DNA of 64,000 nucleotides from Eremomyces bilateralis CBS 781.70. Taxonomy: Eukaryota. The position numbers and the translations under genes were made by a program. Shown one piece after another: positions 61,172 through 64,000 of the stretch. Under the pieces are notes generated by a model. That model was not told the origin of the DNA. It made no database searches and saw only the letters and a program-made list of their open reading frames with translations. Within the stretch, counting starts at the first letter, position 1. The number at the start of each line of letters is the position of its first letter. The DNA lies in the NCBI GenBank assembly GCA_010015585.1, contig ML975152.1; one strand, 5' to 3'.

Positions 61172-64000
61172 ATGGACAACCCTATCGATGACTCTGTGAT
61201 ATCAAATCTCACAAGTCTCGAAGATGACACGGACGAATTCGGCAGGTTCCTTATACAACGAAAGCGCGACGAACTACGATTAAGGGAAGAACTATCAGGC
61301 AATGCCAGACCCTTCCGCCAGGGAAGACCGCGTCCGCTGGGTCTCCTGACCGCGTCAAACCTCGAGAAATATGGTCCGAATACGACTTACAACAATCTGG
61401 CTGGAAGTTCTCGAAGTACGAGCAGTATAGAGCGATTGGAGCCGCCGTTGAACGTTCCTCGAAACTGGAGCGCAAAGGCGCGCGAGAGGACAGATTGGTT
61501 GCGCAGAATGAGAAATCTGGACAACAATGATACTCCTCGGGGGACAGGCCGAGACCGCGGTCGTGAAGAAACGTCGAGTCCGGAGGATTGGGCAGCTTTA
61601 GCATCAGAGATCCCGATTCCTTCGGTGGAAGACAGCCCTCTCCAGTCGCGCAATGTATCGAGGCGAAACACTCCCGGAACAGCGAGTACCGAAAACATAG
61701 CCGTATCAAGTCTGCCAGACTGGGACCTGAGCGATGATCTGTCTGCGAACTCTATCCTAGCTTCCACTCCAGCCGTATGGACACGGAATACAAAGCTCGA
61801 GGACATACACAAGCGGGAGCTGGAAGGACCAAGCGAGCCGATGAGCGCGGCTCGAGCCCGTCTCTCTGCTCGAAAATCTAGGGCAGCATCCAGCCAATCT
61901 ATTACCCCAAAAAACCTGCAAGACGATGGCATGGCAACCTCTTTCACGCACCCTGCCGAGCAACATTTGAAGACGTCAACGCCCGAAGCTTTCCGTAACC
62001 GAACACCAATCCCTCGGTTCCCCAGGTCTATGGTATCTTTATCACCAACGCGTGCACAGGGAGAAATAACGCGGGCGTCGCCAGCTGCCGTCTACAAGAG
62101 TTCAGAAACAGTTGGAGGTATCGACGACACTACAGAACTTGCTCGGGCTACCCTAGCAATAAATCGCGGCAAACATGGCCGTAAAGATTCTCAGGAGTTA
62201 CTTCGAAGATTAGCAAATGCTACCAGCGGCACTCCGAGTCCACGGCCAAGACCAGAAGTCGAGAAATCACCGAATGAGTTGATGGCGGCTGGGAGAGAAG
62301 CGCAAGATAACGCCAAATCTTTACCATCAGAGGATGAAAAGTTGGACGTGCCTCAGAATGATGACCGCGGCAGACGCTCACTTGATATTTTGAAGCCGAA
62401 CACTGAGACGAATGACGACCGACAGAGCACAAACCGGCCATTCTCTCGTGCACGACGTACCCGTCCTGCACCCTTTAAGGACCTTGCATTCCAAGATCAC
62501 GCCGAAGTTCTTGATGAGCTGCAAACAAACCCAGTCGGAGATGGTGCCTCGAAACCGCCAGGAAACGAAGCGCGGGAACCAAAGACCCCAGTAGTAACTG
62601 GGGCATGGATCAACACCCCTGATCCAAAGATTTCCGCTTCTGTAAAGAGCTCCAGGTTCTCTTCGCCGCAGAAAGCGAAAGAGAAGAAAGTCAAAGAGAA
62701 CGAACATCCCAAGGCGTCAAGAGAAATGCCTTCCGTATCTCCTCCGCGTCAGAAAGTTGGTGTTGACATCCAAAAATCTCCATCTCGGTCTAAGGGTCGG
62801 ATATCCGAGCCGCCACCGCTCCCTCCCTCCGCACTCGCTCACATTCTTTCTACCTCTGGAAACAACTTTGGTGACTCAACCATTGATTCTCTGGAAGGAA
62901 TACTCCACCCATCCGGCGACACCACCACTATCCCGGACCCAAACACAATACTTCTACCGGAGTCTGTCGATGATCCGGATGACCAACCCGTAGATGAGGA
63001 CGACACTCTGCAAGGTTTCCCAGAATCTTCTAGGGGCGTCCGAACTGATGCAGAACGCCGACGAAGAGCGGAATCATTTGCTTTGCGGGACATGAATTCG
63101 CGCCTACGACTCGCAAGACAGGGCATTCGCGATGCGAAGCGTGGGATTCGAGACCTGGAAAACAAAGTTGAGAAGTCGGCAACGCCAACAAGCCCACAGC
63201 CTACGGTACCGGCTACTAAAGGACCTGAAAAGCAGCCAAGGGGTAATCCATCGACTGTACCACCCGTCCCGCCGCTCTCGCACTGTCCTCATTGCAACAT
63301 GCCTATTCATGTTACTGCTCCATCAATACCGCTTTCATTCTCATCTATCGCCTCCTTCCTGTTCTCGCTCTTCTTTCTCCCGGCGCCTCCCACCTCTCGC
63401 CTCCCTTATCGACCGACCAGGCTCGGCTACGTCACGCTATTCATCGTCCTCTGGGCTATCATCGAGCAGAACCTATGCAACGCATACTGCCATCCGAGGT
63501 ACACCCACATTAAAACCACGCCACTCGGAATCGCCTCGGACGCACCGGAATTCCCCATTGTCACCCTTACCTTCATCTGGCGCGCCATCAGCCCTATCCT
63601 CCGTCCGTTCACTCCCATCTACGAAGACATCCTGTCCCCGATCCTCTCTCCCTTCTCCACCGTCGCCCTCATTCTTGCCCGTTCAATGTCAGGTATCCAT
63701 GGCCTCGGTGCGTGGGGTCGAGACGACTGGATGAGCGGGACCGGGGTTGACGCATATAGCTACGGGATGGGCTTCAGTCCACCCCCACCCACGGCGTGGA
63801 GCGAATGGTGGGCGCGGATGGGACCGAAGATCTGGGGTGACGAATGGAATGCGAGGGACGAGAGGATGTGGGCATGGTCAGAGGCGAACGGGAAGCGGAT
63901 TCAGGAGACGACCAGCGAAGGAAAGGGCAAGTTAGAGAAAGCGCCCCCGCTGCAAGAGGAGCGAGACCGGGTGGACAAGGAGACTACGAAACCGACGAGC
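61172..64000 (+). CDS. Large uncharacterised fungal protein (>940 aa, truncated by the window end; absent from the ORF track)
   Basis: ATG at 61172 (MDNPIDDSVISNLTSLEDDTDEFGRFLIQRKRDE); EPPLNVPRNWSAKARERTDWLRRM; coiled coil (MNSRLRLARQGIRDAKRGIRDLENKV); TM LGYVTLFIVLWAII followed by C..YCHP. The same frame is open at both ends I translated; the middle was only spot-checked. Confidence 0.7.
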   Translation, partial: MDNPIDDSVISNLTSLEDDTDEFGRFLIQRKRDELRLREELSGNARPFRQGRPRPLGLLTASNLEKYGPNTTYNNLAGSSRSTSSIERLEPPLNVPRNWSAKARERTDWLRRMRNLDNNDTPRGTGRDRGREETSSPEDWAALASEIPIPSVEDSPLQSRNVSRRNTPGTASTENIAVSSLPDWDLSDDLSANSILASTPAVWTRNTKLEDIHKRELEGPSEPMSAARARLSARKSRAASSQSITPKNLQDDGMATSFTHPAEQHLKTSTPEAFRNRTPIPRFPRSMVSLSPTRAQGEITRASPAAVYKSSETVGGIDDTTELARATLAINRGKHGRKDSQELLRRLANATSGTPSPRPRPEVEKSPNELMAAGREAQDNAKSLPSEDEKLDVPQNDDRGRRSLDILKPNTETNDDRQSTNRPFSRARRTRPAPFKDLAFQDHAEVLDELQTNPVGDGASKPPGNEAREPKTPVVTGAWINTPDPKISASVKSSRFSSPQKAKEKKVKENEHPKASREMPSVSPPRQKVGVDIQKSPSRSKGRISEPPPLPPSALAHILSTSGNNFGDSTIDSLEGILHPSGDTTTIPDPNTILLPESVDDPDDQPVDEDDTLQGFPESSRGVRTDAERRRRAESFALRDMNSRLRLARQGIRDAKRGIRDLENKVEKSATPTSPQPTVPATKGPEKQPRGNPSTVPPVPPLSHCPHCNMPIHVTAPSIPLSFSSIASFLFSLFFLPAPPTSRLPYRPTRLGYVTLFIVLWAIIEQNLCNAYCHPRYTHIKTTPLGIASDAPEFPIVTLTFIWRAISPILRPFTPIYEDILSPILSPFSTVALILARSMSGIHGLGAWGRDDWMSGTGVDAYSYGMGFSPPPPTAWSEWWARMGPKIWGDEWNARDERMWAWSEANGKRIQETTSEGKGKLEKAPPLQEERDRVDKETTKPTS

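Noticed and set aside
1..64000. CRISPR arrays, intact transposons, rRNA, snoRNAs
   Set aside because: No repeat-spacer array, transposase or RT motif, LTR/TIR pair or convincing box C/D pair seen; small ncRNAs cannot be excluded without an Rfam scan.

Overview
Gene-dense eukaryotic chromosomal DNA from a filamentous ascomycete (Pezizomycotina). Short GT-AG introns with CT(A/G)AC branch points are common, so the ORF track fragments most genes; I reassembled them by hand. I can support about 27 protein-coding genes and one intron-containing tRNA-Ser(CGA). These include SCH9 kinase, a hotdog thioesterase, an HSL-family hydrolase, ADE1, a DAG/sphingosine-kinase-like protein, a DUF676 (ROG1-like) lipase, BPL1, COA4, MGM101, an HVA22/REEP protein, TANGO2/NRDE, a SET-domain protein, FZO1, VPS2/DID4, PTC1, PMP3, a RhoGAP, SNF4, an atypical SDR and a long unknown ORF running off the right edge. 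Four observations stand out. (1) Upstream exons (4.1-5.4 kb) appear to give Sch9 an alternative N-terminus. (2) There is a reduced GlcNAc-utilisation cluster (hexokinase, UNC-93/NGT1-type transporter, glucosamine-6-P deaminase) with no deacetylase or regulator in the window. (3) The deaminase start codon is split by an intron (AT|G). (4) A strand-independent C-rich-to-G-rich flip recurs inside many genes. I saw no intact mobile element or CRISPR array and no unambiguous novel multi-gene system. Family calls rest on motif recognition, not database searches.
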